Source: an uncultured Erysipelotrichaceae bacterium
Lineage (GTDB): Bacteria; Bacillota_I; Bacilli_A; RF39; UBA660
Assembly: GCA_902775285.1 (NCBI GenBank)
Contig: CACYLI010000002.1
Span: forward strand, 8,413 to 72,412
Direction of reading: 5' to 3'
Length of the DNA stretch: 64,000 nucleotides
Shown: positions 37,523-50,482 of the stretch, one piece after another
Position numbering within the stretch: the first letter of the stretch is position 1
How the letters are laid out: every line of letters starts with the position of its first letter
Translations under genes and position numbers: made by a program
The notes under the pieces: generated by a model
The model's database searches: none
The model's input: only the letters and a program-made list of their open reading frames with translations
Told to the model about the DNA's origin: nothing

Positions 37523-40500
37523 TTATTCAGTTAAAGCTCCTTCTACTGTTTCTTCAGTTGCATCATCTGTTAAGAATTTTTCTTCTAAAACTTCAGCTGC
37601 ATCATCATCAAGTAGTTCATTTTTAAGCATTACTTCTATATTATTATATTGTTTTGCTCCAGTACCTGCTGGTATTAATTTACCAAGAATAACATTTTCT
37701 TTTAGTCCATTTAACATATCTACTTTTCCACGTGTAGCAGCATCTGTTAAGATTCTTGTTGTTTCTTGGAATGAAGCAGCAGATAAGAATGAATCAGTTT
37801 CTAAAGATGCTTTTGTAATACCAAGCATTACAGGTTTTCCAGTAGCTGGTACTCCACCAGATAAGATAACTGGTTTATTAATATCAGCAAATTCTCTTAG
37901 AGGAACACTAAGTCCTTCAATTAAATTAGTATCTCCTGGATCTACTACTCTAATCTTAGTAATCATTCTTCTAATAACTGTTTCAATATGTTTATCTGAA
38001 ACATCAACACCTTGTGATTTATAAACTTTTTGAACTTCTTTTAATATATATGCTTGAACTGTAGTTGGATCTGTTACAGCAAGTAATTCTTTTGGAGAAA
38101 TACTACCTTCTGTTAATGCTTCACCTGCAACTACTGTATCTCCTTTTTCTACTTTTAATTTAGCATTATATTGAGTTACATGTTCACGAGTTTCAACATC
38201 ATTTGTAATATATATTTTAAATCTACCATTTTTATCATCAGTAAGTTTAGTAATTTTACCACCAATTTCAGCAATAGTAGCTTTTGCTTTTGGTATTCTA
38301 GCTTCAAATAATTCTTCGACTCTTGGAAGACCTTGAGTAATATCAGCAGCAGATGCAACACCACCAGTGTGGAATGTACGCATTGTTAACTGAGTACCTG
38401 GTTCACCAATTGATTGAGCAGCCATAATACCAGTAGCTTCACCAACTTCAACAACATTTCCAGTTGCAAGGTTAAGTCCATAACATTTTTGACAAATACC
38501 ATTTGTACTTCTACAAGTAAGTACACTTCTAATTTCCATCTTAGTAATACCAGCAGCAACAATCTTATCTGCTATTCTTTCAGTAATTAGAGCACCTTTG
38601 TCAATTAATACTTCACGAGTTTCAGGATGTAATAATTTTTGATTTGAATATCTTCCAACTATTCTATCTCTGAATGATTCAATTACAGCACCACTCTTTT
38701 CATCAGTGAATGCTTCTACTTCTATACCTTGGATAGTTCCACAATCTTCTTCTCTTACAATAATATCTTGTACTACATCAACTAAACGTCTTGTTAAGTA
38801 TCCAGCATCAGCTGTCTTTAAGGCAGTATCTGCTGTACCTTTTCTAGAACCGTGTGTTGATAAGAAGAATTCTTGCACATCTAATCCTTCACGGAATGAT
38901 GCTAAGATTGGAATTTCTACTTGACCACCATCTGGTTTTGCCATTATACCACGCATACCAGCAAGTTGTCCTAATTGGTTAGCGCTACCTCTGGCTCCAG
39001 AATTAATAATCATTGAAAGTGGATTTTCTACATCTTCTTTTAAGATATCTCCTAATTTTCCTTGAACATTAGTAGTTGCATCAGTCCATAATTTAATAAC
39101 TTTATTATGTCTTTCTTCATCAGTTATAAGACCACGCTTAAATTGTTTATTAATCTTTTCAATTGTAGCATTTGTTTCTTCAATAATAGTATCTTTTTCA
39201 TGGTTAATTGGAATATCTGAAAGTGATATTGTAATACCAGATTTAGTACTATATTTGAAACCTAAATCTTTTAACTTATCTAAGAATATTGAAGTTTCTG
39301 TAGTCTTATATCTCTTAAATATTTGAGCAATTATTTTTCCTAAATCTTTTTTAACTAAAGCAGGAACTACTGGTAAAGCAGCAACTTCTTCAGGTAAGTT
39401 TTTACCTTTTTCTATAAAGAACTTGTCTGGTGTCATAAATTCAATATTCTCTTTACTTCCTTCATTAATATAAGGATAAGTATCTGGGAATATTTCATTA
39501 AATATAATTTTACCAGCTGTAGTAACTAAATATTTATCTTTTTGTTCATCAGTCCATACTTTATGTTTAAAAGCTTTTGCTGGAATACAAACTCTAGTAT
39601 GAAGAGTTATATCTCTTCTTTCATAAGCCATTAATACTTCATTTGCATCCTTATAAGCTTTACCTTCATTAACTTCACCTGGAAGTTCAAGAGTTAAGTA
39701 ATAATTACCTAATACCATATCTTGAGATGGAGTAACAATTGGTTTTCCATCTTTAGGGTCTAAAATATTATTAGCACCTAACATTAATAATCTTGCTTCA
39801 GCTTGAGCTTCTTCACTAATTGGAATGTGAATAGCCATTTGGTCACCATCAAAGTCAGCATTGAATCCACCACAAACAAGTGGGTGAAGTCTTAAAGCTT
39901 TACCACTAACTAAAACTGGTTCGAAAGCTTGAATAGAAAGTCTATGTAATGTAGGGGCACGGTTTAATAGTACTGGATGTTCACGAATTACGTCTTCTAC
40001 TACATCCCATACTCTTTCATCTTGTACATCTATAATCTTCTTAGCAGCTTTAATATTATGTGCTATTCCCTTTTCAACTAATTGTTGCATAACATATGGT
40101 TTAAATAATTCTAAAGCCATATCTTTTGGTACACCACATTGATACATTTTTAAACTTGGTCCAACTACGATAACACTACGTCCACTATAGTCAACTCTTT
40201 TACCAAGAAGATTTTGTCTAAATCTACCTTGTTTTCCTTTTAACATAGATGAAAGTGATTTTAAAGGTCTATTTCCTACACCTTGAACACTTCTTCCACG
40301 TCTACCATTATCTATTAATGCATCAACTGCTTCTTGAAGCATACGTTTTTCATTTTGAACAATAATTGTTGGTGCTTCAAGTTCTAATAATTTTTTAAGA
40401 CGATTATTTCTATTAATAATTCTTCTATATAAATCATTTAAATCACTTGTAGCAAATCTTCCACCTGGAAGTTGAATCATTGGTCTTAAATCTGGTGGAA

Positions 40501-41200
40501 TAACTGGTAATACATCTAAAATCATCCATTCAGGTCTATTACCACTTTCTAAGAATGCATTTAAGCAATCTAATCTTTTAATTAATCTTAATTTCTTTTG
40601 ACCTTGAGCTTTTTCAACTTCTTCTTTTAATTCATTTACTTCTTTTTCAAGATCAACTTCACTAAGTAATTGTTTAATAGCTTCAGCACCCATACCAACT
40701 TTGAATCCATCACCATATTTTTCATAATATGCTCTGTATTCTTTATCTGATAATGTTTGCTTTTTAGCTAATGGTGCAATACCTGGATCTAATACAATAT
40801 AACTTACGAAATATAATACTTCTTCTAATTCACGAGGAGAAATATCAAGTACTAGACCCATTTTTGGAGGTACACCTTTAGCATACCAAATATGGCTAAC
40901 AGGACTAGCAAGTTCAATATGTCCCATTCTTTCTCTACGTACTTTAGCACGAGTAACTTCTACTCCACATCTATCACAAACTACATTTTTATATCTAAGT
41001 CTTTTATACTTTTTACAAGTACATTCAAAGTCTTTAGTTGGACCAAATATCTTTTCACAGAAAAGTCCATCTCTTTCAGGGTTTAAAGTTCTATAATTGA
41101 TAGTTTCTGGTTTCTTAACTTCACCATAAGACCATTCACGAATCTTTTCAGGAGAAGCTATACCAATACGAATTCCTTCAAAATCATTAACTTCCATCAT
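37523..41200 (-). CDS. rpoC: RNA polymerase beta' subunit
   Basis: [48 protein letters not shown]. Confidence 0.99.
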   Translation of the reverse strand: MMEVNDFEGIRIGIASPEKIREWSYGEVKKPETINYRTLNPERDGLFCEKIFGPTKDFECTCKKYKRLRYKNVVCDRCGVEVTRAKVRRERMGHIELASPVSHIWYAKGVPPKMGLVLDISPRELEEVLYFVSYIVLDPGIAPLAKKQTLSDKEYRAYYEKYGDGFKVGMGAEAIKQLLSEVDLEKEVNELKEEVEKAQGQKKLRLIKRLDCLNAFLESGNRPEWMILDVLPVIPPDLRPMIQLPGGRFATSDLNDLYRRIINRNNRLKKLLELEAPTIIVQNEKRMLQEAVDALIDNGRRGRSVQGVGNRPLKSLSSMLKGKQGRFRQNLLGKRVDYSGRSVIVVGPSLKMYQCGVPKDMALELFKPYVMQQLVEKGIAHNIKAAKKIIDVQDERVWDVVEDVIREHPVLLNRAPTLHRLSIQAFEPVLVSGKALRLHPLVCGGFNADFDGDQMAIHIPISEEAQAEARLLMLGANNILDPKDGKPIVTPSQDMVLGNYYLTLELPGEVNEGKAYKDANEVLMAYERRDITLHTRVCIPAKAFKHKVWTDEQKDKYLVTTAGKIIFNEIFPDTYPYINEGSKENIEFMTPDKFFIEKGKNLPEEVAALPVVPALVKKDLGKIIAQIFKRYKTTETSIFLDKLKDLGFKYSTKSGITISLSDIPINHEKDTIIEETNATIEKINKQFKRGLITDEERHNKVIKLWTDATTNVQGKLGDILKEDVENPLSMIINSGARGSANQLGQLAGMRGIMAKPDGGQVEIPILASFREGLDVQEFFLSTHGSRKGTADTALKTADAGYLTRRLVDVVQDIIVREEDCGTIQGIEVEAFTDEKSGAVIESFRDRIVGRYSNQKLLHPETREVLIDKGALITERIADKIVAAGITKMEIRSVLTCRSTNGICQKCYGLNLATGNVVEVGEATGIMAAQSIGEPGTQLTMRTFHTGGVASAADITQGLPRVEELFEARIPKAKATIAEIGGKITKLTDDKNGRFKIYITNDVETREHVTQYNAKLKVEKGDTVVAGEALTEGSISPKELLAVTDPTTVQAYILKEVQKVYKSQGVDVSDKHIETVIRRMITKIRVVDPGDTNLIEGLSVPLREFADINKPVILSGGVPATGKPVMLGITKASLETDSFLSAASFQETTRILTDAATRGKVDMLNGLKENVILGKLIPAGTGAKQYNNIEVMLKNELLDDDAAEVLEEKFLTDDATEETVEGALTE

Positions 41201-44200
41201 TATTCTTCACCCCTTTCATAAGCATCTTCAAAATTATCATCAAGTCCATACTCTTCAGTATATTCTAAATCTTCATCAGTTGGTTCTTCATCAAAATCTT
41301 CATCAAACTCATCATCTTCTTGATTTTCTTCATAATCATCATTTTCATCTAATTCTGGTTCTGGAAGAGGTTCTTTTTCTTTACCAACTTCTTCTATTGA
41401 AACTGGAACATCTTCTTTATCTTCTTCGTCTTCTAAAGTCTTAATATCTTTAAGTGTTCCATCTTTATTAATAATTTGAATATCAAGTCCTAAAGCTTGG
41501 AATTCTTTAATTAATACTCTAAAGCTTTCTGGAACTCCTGGAGCAGGAATTGGTTTACCTTTAACTAATGCTTCATATACTCTAACTCTTCCTACTACAT
41601 CATCTGATTTAACTGTGATAACTTCTTGTAAGATATGAGCAGCACCATAAGCATATAATGCCCAAACTTCCATTTCTCCAAATCTTTGACCACCAAATTG
41701 AGCTTTTCCTCCAAGTGGTTGTTGTGTAACTAAACTATATGGTCCAGTAGCACGAGCATGTATCTTATCATCTACCATGTGTACAAGTCTAATCATGTAC
41801 ATAACTCCAACAGATACTCTCTTATCAAATTTTTCACCAGTTCTACCATCATATAACCATGTTTTATAATCTGGATCTAAACCAGCTTCTTTAGTTTCTT
41901 CTTGAATATCTTCTTCAGTTGCACTATTGAATATTGGAGTAGCATAATGAACTCCTAATTTCTTACCAGCCATTCCTAAGTGTAATTCTAAAATTTGTCC
42001 TAAATTCATACGAGAAGGAACTCCTAATGGATTTAGAATTACATCTACTGGAGTACCATCTGGTAAGTATGGCATATCTTCTTCAGGTAAGATAAGTGAG
42101 CAAACACCTTTGTTACCATGACGTCCAGCCATTTTATCTCCAACTTGAATTTTTCTCTTCTTAACAATATAAACTCTAACTACTTTTGATACACCAGCTG
42201 GAAGTTCATCAGAATTTTCTTTAGTAAATATTTGTACATCATGTACAATACCAGAACATCCATGTGATACTCTTAAAGAAGTATCTCTAACTTCTCTAGT
42301 CTTTTCTCCAAATATTGCATGTAATAATTTTTCTTCACTAGAAAGTTCTTGCATTCCTTTTGGAGTAACTTTTCCAACTAAAATATCATTTTCTTTAACT
42401 TCAGTACCTATTCTTACAATACCATTTTCATCTAAATTCTTACGAGCTTCTTCACTTATATTAGGAATATCTCTTGTGAATTCTTCTGGTCCTAGTTTTG
42501 TATCTCTACATTCAATTTCCTTCATTTCGATGTGAATTGAAGTATATACATCATCCTTAACTATTCTTTCATTTAGGATAACAGCATCTTCATAGTTATA
42601 ACCATTGTAAGTCATAAAAGCTACAACTACATTTTTACCTAAAGCTATTTCTCCTTTATCAGTTGAAGGTCCATCAGCAATAATTTCACCTTTATGAACT
42701 TCTTCACCTTTCTTAACAATTGGTCTTTGATTATAACAAGTTTCATTGTTACTTCTTTGATAACTTATAAGTTCATAAGTTCTCTTTTCTTCAAGACCTT
42801 TTACAATAATCTTCTTAGCATCTACATATTCAACAACACCATCAATATCACTAACTACAGAGCATCCTGAATCTCTAGCTATAGCTGCTTCTACTCCAGT
42901 ACCTACAATTGGAGCTTCAGTTATCATTAGAGGAACTGCTTGTCTTTGCATGTTAGCACCCATTAATGTTCTATTAGCATCGTCATGTTCCATAAATGGA
43001 ATCATACTTGTTGTAACAGAAACTATTTGAGATGGTGAAACATCTATATAATCTACTTTATCTTTAGATACAATCATATTATCTTTATTGTATCTTACTG
43101 GTACCATTTCATCTAAAATATTACCATCTTTATCTGCTTCAATAGTAGCTTGACTAATATAATAATCTTCTTCTTCATCAGCAGTCATATATACTATTTC
43201 ATCAGTAATACGAGAATTAACTACTTTTCTATATGGAGTCATTATAAATCCATATTCATTAATTCTAGCATAACTTGCAAGTGATGTAATAAGTCCGATA
43301 TTTTGACCTTCTGGAGTTTCGATTGGACAAATTCTACCATAGTGTGATGGGTTAACGTCACGAACTTCCATACCAGCTCTATCTCTTGAAAGTCCTCCTG
43401 GTCCTAATGCACTAAGTCTACGTTTATCATTTAATTCTGATAATGGATTAATTTGATCCATGAATTTAGATAATTGAGAAGAACCAAAGAATTCTTTTAA
43501 TGTAGCTGTTACAGGTCTAATATTAATTAATGATTTTGGAGTAACTGTATCAATTTCTTGAGTAGACATCTTATCTCTAATTTGTCTTTCCATACGAGCT
43601 ACACCAATTCTAAATTGATTTTGAATTAATTCTCCTACTTGTCTTACACGTCTATTTCCTAAATGATCTATTTCATCATATTTACCAATACCATATAATA
43701 AGCAAATATAATATGATAATGAAGCATATACATCAGATATAGTAAGTCTCTTAGTATCAATTGTTTGATCATTACCTATAACTTTAATAATTTTACCTGA
43801 TTCATCATTAGCATATACTAAAACTTCTTGAATTTTATTATATGTATCAAGTTCTTCATTTATAGTTACTTCTCTAACTCCATATCCATCATTAAAATAT
43901 GGTCTAATAGTTTCAAGTATTTCTTTAGTAATAACAGTACCTTTCTTTACTAGTACTTCATTACCAACTTTAATATCTTGTGCTATTTTATTATTAATTA
44001 ATCTATCTAATACATTTAATTTCTTATTAAATTTATATCTACCAACTTTACCTAAATCATATCTAAATTTATCAAAGAATCTAACGATTAATTGGTTTTT
44101 AGCTGAATCTAAAGTAGCTGGTTCACCTGGTCTTAACTTTTCATATATTTCAATTAAAGCTTCATCAGTATTCTTAGTAGAATCTTTTTCTAAAGTATTA

Positions 44201-44853
44201 ATTAAATATTCATCTTGACCAAATAATTCTAATATTTCTTCATTTGATGAAAGCCCTAATGCACGTAATAATGTAGTAACTGTAACTTTACGAGTTCTAT
44301 CTATTCTTACATACAAAATACCCCTGGCATCAAGTTCATATTCTAGCCAAGTTCCTTTATTAGGACGTACTTCACTTGAAATAATATTTCTACCATTCTT
44401 ATCTATTTCACTTTTATAATAACAAGATGGTCCCATAACAAGTTGAGAGTTAATAACTCTTTCAGCACCATTTATAATAAAAGATGCTGTATCTGTCATA
44501 AGAGGCATATCACCTAAAAATATTTCTTGTTCTTTTACTTCTCCTGTTTCATTAATGAAAAGTCTAGCTTTTACCTTTAATGGTGCTGAGTAAGTAACTT
44601 TTCTTTCTTTACTTTCCTTAACAGTATATTTAGGCTCATCAAAATAATAATCACCAAATTCTAGTGATAATGAACCTGAAAAACTTTCAACAGGAAAAAT
44701 ATCATCAAATACTTCCTTTATTCCTTCCTTTAAAAATAAGTCAAACGAATCTTTTTGAACTTCTAATAAATTAGATAATTCTAGCGTACTACGCTTTGTT
44801 GAGAAACTTCTTCTTTCTCTATGGTCACCAAATTTAACTGTTTTGTATGCCAC
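41200..44853 (-). CDS. rpoB: RNA polymerase beta subunit with acidic C-terminal tail
   Basis: [44 protein letters not shown]; GTG start. Confidence 0.99.
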   Translation of the reverse strand: MAYKTVKFGDHRERRSFSTKRSTLELSNLLEVQKDSFDLFLKEGIKEVFDDIFPVESFSGSLSLEFGDYYFDEPKYTVKESKERKVTYSAPLKVKARLFINETGEVKEQEIFLGDMPLMTDTASFIINGAERVINSQLVMGPSCYYKSEIDKNGRNIISSEVRPNKGTWLEYELDARGILYVRIDRTRKVTVTTLLRALGLSSNEEILELFGQDEYLINTLEKDSTKNTDEALIEIYEKLRPGEPATLDSAKNQLIVRFFDKFRYDLGKVGRYKFNKKLNVLDRLINNKIAQDIKVGNEVLVKKGTVITKEILETIRPYFNDGYGVREVTINEELDTYNKIQEVLVYANDESGKIIKVIGNDQTIDTKRLTISDVYASLSYYICLLYGIGKYDEIDHLGNRRVRQVGELIQNQFRIGVARMERQIRDKMSTQEIDTVTPKSLINIRPVTATLKEFFGSSQLSKFMDQINPLSELNDKRRLSALGPGGLSRDRAGMEVRDVNPSHYGRICPIETPEGQNIGLITSLASYARINEYGFIMTPYRKVVNSRITDEIVYMTADEEEDYYISQATIEADKDGNILDEMVPVRYNKDNMIVSKDKVDYIDVSPSQIVSVTTSMIPFMEHDDANRTLMGANMQRQAVPLMITEAPIVGTGVEAAIARDSGCSVVSDIDGVVEYVDAKKIIVKGLEEKRTYELISYQRSNNETCYNQRPIVKKGEEVHKGEIIADGPSTDKGEIALGKNVVVAFMTYNGYNYEDAVILNERIVKDDVYTSIHIEMKEIECRDTKLGPEEFTRDIPNISEEARKNLDENGIVRIGTEVKENDILVGKVTPKGMQELSSEEKLLHAIFGEKTREVRDTSLRVSHGCSGIVHDVQIFTKENSDELPAGVSKVVRVYIVKKRKIQVGDKMAGRHGNKGVCSLILPEEDMPYLPDGTPVDVILNPLGVPSRMNLGQILELHLGMAGKKLGVHYATPIFNSATEEDIQEETKEAGLDPDYKTWLYDGRTGEKFDKRVSVGVMYMIRLVHMVDDKIHARATGPYSLVTQQPLGGKAQFGGQRFGEMEVWALYAYGAAHILQEVITVKSDDVVGRVRVYEALVKGKPIPAPGVPESFRVLIKEFQALGLDIQIINKDGTLKDIKTLEDEEDKEDVPVSIEEVGKEKEPLPEPELDENDDYEENQEDDEFDEDFDEEPTDEDLEYTEEYGLDDNFEDAYERGEE

Positions 44854-44924
44854 TATTTCACCCCAATCCTAAATTTTTAAAGAACACAAATTTTATAAAT
44901 AAAACAAATGTACTGCAATATAAA

Positions 44925-44954
44925 ATTTTATCATATACATTTTCAATAAGTCAA
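44925..44954 (-). promoter_or_regulatory. sigmaA-type promoter for rpoBC
   Basis: TTGACT-18 nt-TAAAAT with TG extension on minus strand. Confidence 0.6.
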
Positions 44955-44970
44955 TGTTTTTTTGTAATAT

Positions 44971-45564
44971 TTATAAATTTTTAGCTCTTAAAACGAAATA
45001 TCCTTTGTCTTTATTTATAATTTCTACTTTTCTTGTACTCTCTAATATTTTTTTAATTGATAACGCTCCTTGATCTTTACGAATAACAAAATATAAAACT
45101 CCATTTTCATTCATATGATCAAAAGCTTGCTCTAGTATTTCTAATACTTTTACTTTTCCCACTCTTATAGGAGGATTAGTAATAATAACATCATATTTAT
45201 CATGAATATTCTCATAAGCATCACTTAAGAAAACAGAACCTTTAAAACTATCATATTTTTTAATGTTCCTTTTTGTTAAATGAACCGCTCTTTTATTCAC
45301 ATCTATCATATCAACATAAGAATTATTTATTATGCTAATTACTATGCCAATAAAACCATATCCACATCCTACATCTAATACTTTTAAGTTTCTTTTTTCA
45401 TCACTCAAATACGTTTCTAATAACAATCTACTTCCATAATCAATACTCTTTTTACTAAAAACTCCATTATCAGAATAGAATGTAAAAAAAGAAGAATTAT
45501 ATTTGTAACTTAACTCTTTAATTTCACTTTTTAAGTTTAAATCATTTTCAAAATAATGACTCAT
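44971..45564 (-). CDS. Class I SAM-dependent methyltransferase (YbxB/RsmC-like)
   Basis: GVFSK..IDYGS.LL, LDVGCGYG, TNPPIR.GK; conserved position between rplL and rpoB. Confidence 0.92.
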   Translation of the reverse strand: MSHYFENDLNLKSEIKELSYKYNSSFFTFYSDNGVFSKKSIDYGSRLLLETYLSDEKRNLKVLDVGCGYGFIGIVISIINNSYVDMIDVNKRAVHLTKRNIKKYDSFKGSVFLSDAYENIHDKYDVIITNPPIRVGKVKVLEILEQAFDHMNENGVLYFVIRKDQGALSIKKILESTRKVEIINKDKGYFVLRAKNL

Positions 45565-45620
45565 ATAATTCTCCTTCTCTAATACGCAAAAAAGCCTAAT
45601 TAATATAGGCTTATTAATAA

Positions 45621-45995
45621 TTATGCTAATTCAACAGTAGCGCCAGCTTCTTCTAATTTAGCTTTTAATTCATCAGCTTCACTAGCAGGAATTCCTTCTT
45701 TAACATTTCCACCAGCATCAGCAATATCTTTAGCTTCTTTAAGTCCTAATCCAGTAGCTTCTCTAATTACTTTAATTACTTGTAATTTTTGAGCACCAGC
45801 ATTTTTAAGAACTACAGTTTTAACACTACTTCCTGTGTCTTCAGCTTCTTGAGCTTGAGCAGGAGCAGCAGCAACAGCTACAGCACTTGGATCTACTCCA
45901 AATTCTTCTTTCATCATATCAACTAATTCTTTAACTTCAAGAATAGTTTTTTCTTTTAAAGCTTCGATAATATCTTTGTTTTCAATTTTAGCCAT
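45621..45995 (-). CDS. rplL: 50S ribosomal protein L7/L12
   Basis: EEFGV, VIKVIRE.TGLGLKEAK, KLEEAGATVEL. Confidence 0.98.
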   Translation of the reverse strand: MAKIENKDIIEALKEKTILEVKELVDMMKEEFGVDPSAVAVAAAPAQAQEAEDTGSSVKTVVLKNAGAQKLQVIKVIREATGLGLKEAKDIADAGGNVKEGIPASEADELKAKLEEAGATVELA

Positions 45996-46498
45996 TAGTT
46001 ATTTCCTCCTTCTTCTAACTTTTCAGCATATAAATTTAATCCGATACTTAAATTTCTAACATGTTCAATTAAACCACCAGCAAACATTGTAAGTAATCCT
46101 TCCATACTTGGTATTGTTGCATATTCACTAATTACTTTAGCATCAGCTATTTCATTATCAATATAACCAACTCTTATTTCAAGTGCAGGATGTTCTTTAG
46201 CAAACTTACTTACTACTTTAATTGGTTCAATAATTGAATCAGAGAAAAGATAAGCATTTGGTCCACTCATATAATCATTTAATTCAATATTCTTATTCTT
46301 TAATGCTAAATTCATAAGAGTATTTTTATAAACTTTTATATCAGAGTTTACTTCTCTTAAACTATTTCTTAGTTCAGCTATTTCACTAACTGTAAGTCCT
46401 TGATAATTTAATAACAAGAATGTTTTTGAAGAATCAAGCTTATCAGTTATTTCTTTAACAGTTGCTTCTTTTTGTTTAAGAATTTCTTTACTTGCCAT
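45995..46498 (-). CDS. rplJ: 50S ribosomal protein L10
   Basis: YQGLTV....LR, KVYKNTL, upstream of rplL. Confidence 0.97.
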   Translation of the reverse strand: MASKEILKQKEATVKEITDKLDSSKTFLLLNYQGLTVSEIAELRNSLREVNSDIKVYKNTLMNLALKNKNIELNDYMSGPNAYLFSDSIIEPIKVVSKFAKEHPALEIRVGYIDNEIADAKVISEYATIPSMEGLLTMFAGGLIEHVRNLSIGLNLYAEKLEEGGNN

Positions 46499-46519
46499 AT
46501 AAGTCTCCTTTCATATAAT

Positions 46520-46616
46520 TAAAAAGTTTCCTCATGACAAGGAAACCGATTATAATCGTCATTATAAATTGTTTCCTCGGTAAGATTTATTTTTGCACTT
46601 ACTGTCTTTGGTCACT
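46520..46616 (-). promoter_or_regulatory. L10 ribosomal protein leader (attenuator)
   Basis: ACCAAAGACAGTAAG...CTTACCGAGG pattern upstream of rplJ, followed by GTTTCCT/AGGAAAC hairpin with T-run. Confidence 0.8.
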
Positions 46617-46723
46617 TCACGCATTTGATTATATAACACATTTTTACATTTGTAAAGTGTTTTTTTATTAAAATATATGATTTTTTACCAAAAAAAGAAC
46701 TTATATTTCTATAAGTTCATTTA

Positions 46724-48115
46724 TTATCTTTTAGATATTACTACCTCTATTACAGTAGTTCTAGATGTATATGATAGTTTTTCATCTGACCCTGTTACCA
46801 TAACTGGAACTTTATGAGTACCTTCTCCTAAATTAGATAAATCTACATATGCAGTAATTGCAGATGATTCAAGTTTATTAATTACAGATGAAACTCCTTT
46901 TACTGTTACATCAACTTTAGTAGAAGCTTCGCTACTAGCAAGAGCTTTATATTTAGATGTATCCAAATTTTCAAATGTAATTGGAATATTCTTAAATTCT
47001 TTACTAGTTTCTTTATCCATTGTTACTTTAATTGTAACATTTGTATCAGACATTGATCTTACACCTGTAGGTTTAACAATTGTTTCTTGGAATGTTTTAT
47101 CATTATTAAGTCCTGTAACGTCTATTTCAACATTTAATTCTTTTATTGAATCAAGAACACTTTCTTCACCATATAATGTAACACTCTTAACATTTGGAGT
47201 AATTGTCTTAATAGCACTACCACTTGCTACTTCACCAGTTGGAACTACTCTAATTGGTACAATTTTACTTGGTGATGATATTGTAACAGTTGCTGTTACA
47301 TTTGCAGGAACTATTTCTATATCACTAATTTCAGTACCTTTTTCATCATATGCAACCAATTTTACATTTTCAAGCGTGTATGTTCCAGCACTAGTAGCAT
47401 TTAATGCATTTACATCAACAATAGCTTTTACACTCGCAACAGTTGCTAGTTTTTCTTTATAAGATTTAACTATTACTTCATCTCTATCTAACTCAACTCC
47501 ACTAATTACCAAAGTACTATTAAGTTTATCTTGATTTAGTATATCAGTTGTAATTGTTCTAGTTTCACTAACTTTTGGATAAATAACAATTGTTACTCTT
47601 GATGGATCCAATTTATAATCTAAACTATTTATTGGGCTATTATATTTAATGTTAACTTTTTGAGTTCCTTCAGATAAACCAGTTAAATCAAGAGTTAATT
47701 TATGATAATCACTTAATTGTTCAGCTAAGTATAAATTATCTTTAGTTCCCATAAGAACTATATCTGCTGTTTCTGGTATTCCTTCTACTACATAAGCCTC
47801 TTCATTATATTCAGCTTTAATTGGTTGATTTGACAAAACTACAGATTCAGTTTCTGTTAAATTAATTACTTTTCTATCTATAGCAAGAAATACTCCAATC
47901 GCACATATTAACGATATATAAATAAGTGTATTTGGATTATTTATGAATTTATCAAAGCTTCCACCTTTACTTGTAAAGAAATCATTTATTCTATATGCTA
48001 TTTTAGACAAAGGTGTTATTAATAAAACATCAAGTATTTTATGAATTATTTTAAATATTTTACCAAAAAATTTGAGTATATTACTTAGAGTTTTCTTCAT
48101 CTTCATCACTCTCAC
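46724..48115 (-). CDS. cdaR: CdaR/YbbR regulator of diadenylate cyclase
   Basis: TM anchor plus repeated beta-rich YbbR domains, directly downstream of cdaA; true start may be a few codons later. Confidence 0.85.
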   Translation of the reverse strand: MRVMKMKKTLSNILKFFGKIFKIIHKILDVLLITPLSKIAYRINDFFTSKGGSFDKFINNPNTLIYISLICAIGVFLAIDRKVINLTETESVVLSNQPIKAEYNEEAYVVEGIPETADIVLMGTKDNLYLAEQLSDYHKLTLDLTGLSEGTQKVNIKYNSPINSLDYKLDPSRVTIVIYPKVSETRTITTDILNQDKLNSTLVISGVELDRDEVIVKSYKEKLATVASVKAIVDVNALNATSAGTYTLENVKLVAYDEKGTEISDIEIVPANVTATVTISSPSKIVPIRVVPTGEVASGSAIKTITPNVKSVTLYGEESVLDSIKELNVEIDVTGLNNDKTFQETIVKPTGVRSMSDTNVTIKVTMDKETSKEFKNIPITFENLDTSKYKALASSEASTKVDVTVKGVSSVINKLESSAITAYVDLSNLGEGTHKVPVMVTGSDEKLSYTSRTTVIEVVISKR

Positions 48116-48908
48116 TTTCTTGATCTACTTCATAGAATGTTTCTTTCTTTGGTTGTAACTCTTCTAATAATAATAGTTTAGCATCATCTAAACTCAAATT
48201 ATAATTAAGTTCACTTTGAATAGCAATTGAAATTCTACCAGTTTCTTCACTAACTACAAGTGCAATAGCATCACTTGTTTCACTAATTCCTAAAGCCGCT
48301 CTATGACGAGTACCAAGTCTTTTAGAAATGGAAGGATTCATACTAGTAGGAAATACACTTCCTGCACAAGTTATCTTATCTCCTTGAATAATAACTCCAC
48401 CATCATGAAGTGGATTATTTGGGAAGAATATAGAAATTAATAATTCACTACTAATATCAGCATATATTTTATTTGCTGGTTCAATATATTGAGCTAAACT
48501 ATAATCTCTTTCTATTACAATTAATGCTCCTATTCTATTTTTCTTTAAATATTCAACTGCATTTATAATTTCATAAACCATTTTTTCTCTTTCATCTACA
48601 GTTAATGTTTTATGACGTCCTAATAATTGTGTTCTACCAATGCTTTCTAACACATTTCTAATTTCAGGTTGAAAAATAATAATTAAAGCAAGTGGTCCCC
48701 AAGCAATAATATATTCAATTAGCATTCCAACTGTATATAAATTTAAAAGATTACTTAACCATTTAAGTAAAACAATAATAATTACACCTTTAAAAATCAA
48801 TGTTAGCTTAAAATTACTTCTAGAATATTTTAACAATTGATATAAAATAAACCATACTATAGCAATATCTAATATCTTAGTCGCAGTATTTAATATTGTT
48901 GATAACAT
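48081..48908 (-). CDS. cdaA: Diadenylate cyclase CdaA
   Basis: Three TM helices, FQPEIR, PLHDGGVII, LGTRHRAALG, VSEETG. Confidence 0.95.
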   Translation of the reverse strand: MLSTILNTATKILDIAIVWFILYQLLKYSRSNFKLTLIFKGVIIIVLLKWLSNLLNLYTVGMLIEYIIAWGPLALIIIFQPEIRNVLESIGRTQLLGRHKTLTVDEREKMVYEIINAVEYLKKNRIGALIVIERDYSLAQYIEPANKIYADISSELLISIFFPNNPLHDGGVIIQGDKITCAGSVFPTSMNPSISKRLGTRHRAALGISETSDAIALVVSEETGRISIAIQSELNYNLSLDDAKLLLLEELQPKKETFYEVDQESESDEDEENSK

Positions 48909-49000
48909 TTATTTCACCTCTATCTACAAAGTATATTATACACTATTTATATTTCTTTTTCTATATTTTTATTCTTCTTTACAATTATAAAGGCACTATT

Positions 49001-50437
49001 CTATATTAGTGCCTTTCCTTTATTACTAGGTAATAATGTATTATTATCTATAACAGCATATTCAAAATCATAACTTTCCGTTTCTCTTTCAATATTAGAT
49101 CCACTTAAATTAACTCCCTTAAATGATTTAAAAATAATATTATGATCAGCTAAAATACTATTACTTAAATCTTTATTATATATTTCTTGAGGATCAAAAG
49201 TTAAATTTGTTTCACTTAAATCAAGATTAGATAATTTTAAATTTTTAGCATTAACAAATGATAAATCAATATATTTTAATAATGGAATAAATTCAGGATT
49301 AAATTCATAATGATCTTCTACCCTAGTTAATAATAAATCATCTGGTACACTAATAGAAGAATATAATCTTTTAAGCATACTTATAGATACACCCTTCTCG
49401 CTTTCTAATGAAAGAATTGAAATTCTTAATCGATCTATATTTTGTAAAACTTCTTTGTATTTTTCTTTTACTTTATCAGATTGTTCTACCTTTTTAGATT
49501 CAATTTGTTTAAACTTATAATTTGGGCTTTTCTTTTCTTCATTTAATTGTTTTTCAGGAACTACTGTATATTTAACTTTAACATGATATCCTAAATAACT
49601 TCTTATTGTATCTTTTTCACGACCATCTAAGTAAGGCCCTTCAAAATTTATTTCAACTAAATCTTGAAATGATTCATAGTTTCTATGTTCTTTAATATCT
49701 TTAATTAATTCATCAAAACTATGATATTTAATTACTTTTTGTAAATTAATATTTTGTATTATATCTTTTAAAACATATTTATTTAAATATTTATCTGTTT
49801 TATCTTTAGAAAATCTTGTACAAACAATATTAAATAGGCTATCAGCCCACATACTAGCATCATACAAATATTGTTCTAATAATCCATTAACAAAACTCTT
49901 AGTAGATACTAATCTATTATTTTCTTTATCTACTTTCCATTTTAATGGTTCAACTTTCATCCAATTATTTTTATCTACACGAATATATTTTTCTCCACCA
50001 TATTCATATACTTTATATTTCTTTTTAATTGTTTGGCAATAGTCATGATTATATTCAGTATTAGTTAATATTGGCACTCTTCTTATTATATTAAGCATTA
50101 TTGTATAATTTTCTTCCATTGGATATATTTTTTCCGGAGATACACTCGTTAGTTTCTCATAAATAGATTCAAGTTTAGAATTAATTTCATCACTTGCTTG
50201 TGCTTGAGGATAAGAACCAAATTCTATAATAGGTTCACTATTATTACCTAAAATTAATGATAAAACTTCAGGATCAAATTCTAAACTAATCTCATTTAAA
50301 AAAGTATTTGTATCATTAAAACTATCACTTTTATACATATATTCTGCTAAAAAAGAAGCATTTTCTTCACTAAGTGATATATGTTTATTGTTATCATAAA
50401 GAATATTAATACCTTTCATACTAACACATCCTATCAT
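49001..50437 (-). CDS. Hypothetical protein with IEFGSYPQ / KVEPLKW domain and C-terminal pentapeptide-like repeats
   Basis: 478-aa ORF; tail NLKLSNLDLSETNL..KDLSNSIL..KGVNLSGSNI resembles pentapeptide repeats. Confidence 0.6.
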   Translation of the reverse strand: MIGCVSMKGINILYDNNKHISLSEENASFLAEYMYKSDSFNDTNTFLNEISLEFDPEVLSLILGNNSEPIIEFGSYPQAQASDEINSKLESIYEKLTSVSPEKIYPMEENYTIMLNIIRRVPILTNTEYNHDYCQTIKKKYKVYEYGGEKYIRVDKNNWMKVEPLKWKVDKENNRLVSTKSFVNGLLEQYLYDASMWADSLFNIVCTRFSKDKTDKYLNKYVLKDIIQNINLQKVIKYHSFDELIKDIKEHRNYESFQDLVEINFEGPYLDGREKDTIRSYLGYHVKVKYTVVPEKQLNEEKKSPNYKFKQIESKKVEQSDKVKEKYKEVLQNIDRLRISILSLESEKGVSISMLKRLYSSISVPDDLLLTRVEDHYEFNPEFIPLLKYIDLSFVNAKNLKLSNLDLSETNLTFDPQEIYNKDLSNSILADHNIIFKSFKGVNLSGSNIERETESYDFEYAVIDNNTLLPSNKGKALI

Positions 50438-50482
50438 ATAAATTGTAGCATATTTTTACAAAACAAAAAAGCCCTCACGGGC

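Noticed and set aside
41200-41440. Long Asp/Glu-rich RpoB C-terminal tail
   Set aside because: Acidic low-complexity RpoB tails are common in Firmicutes.
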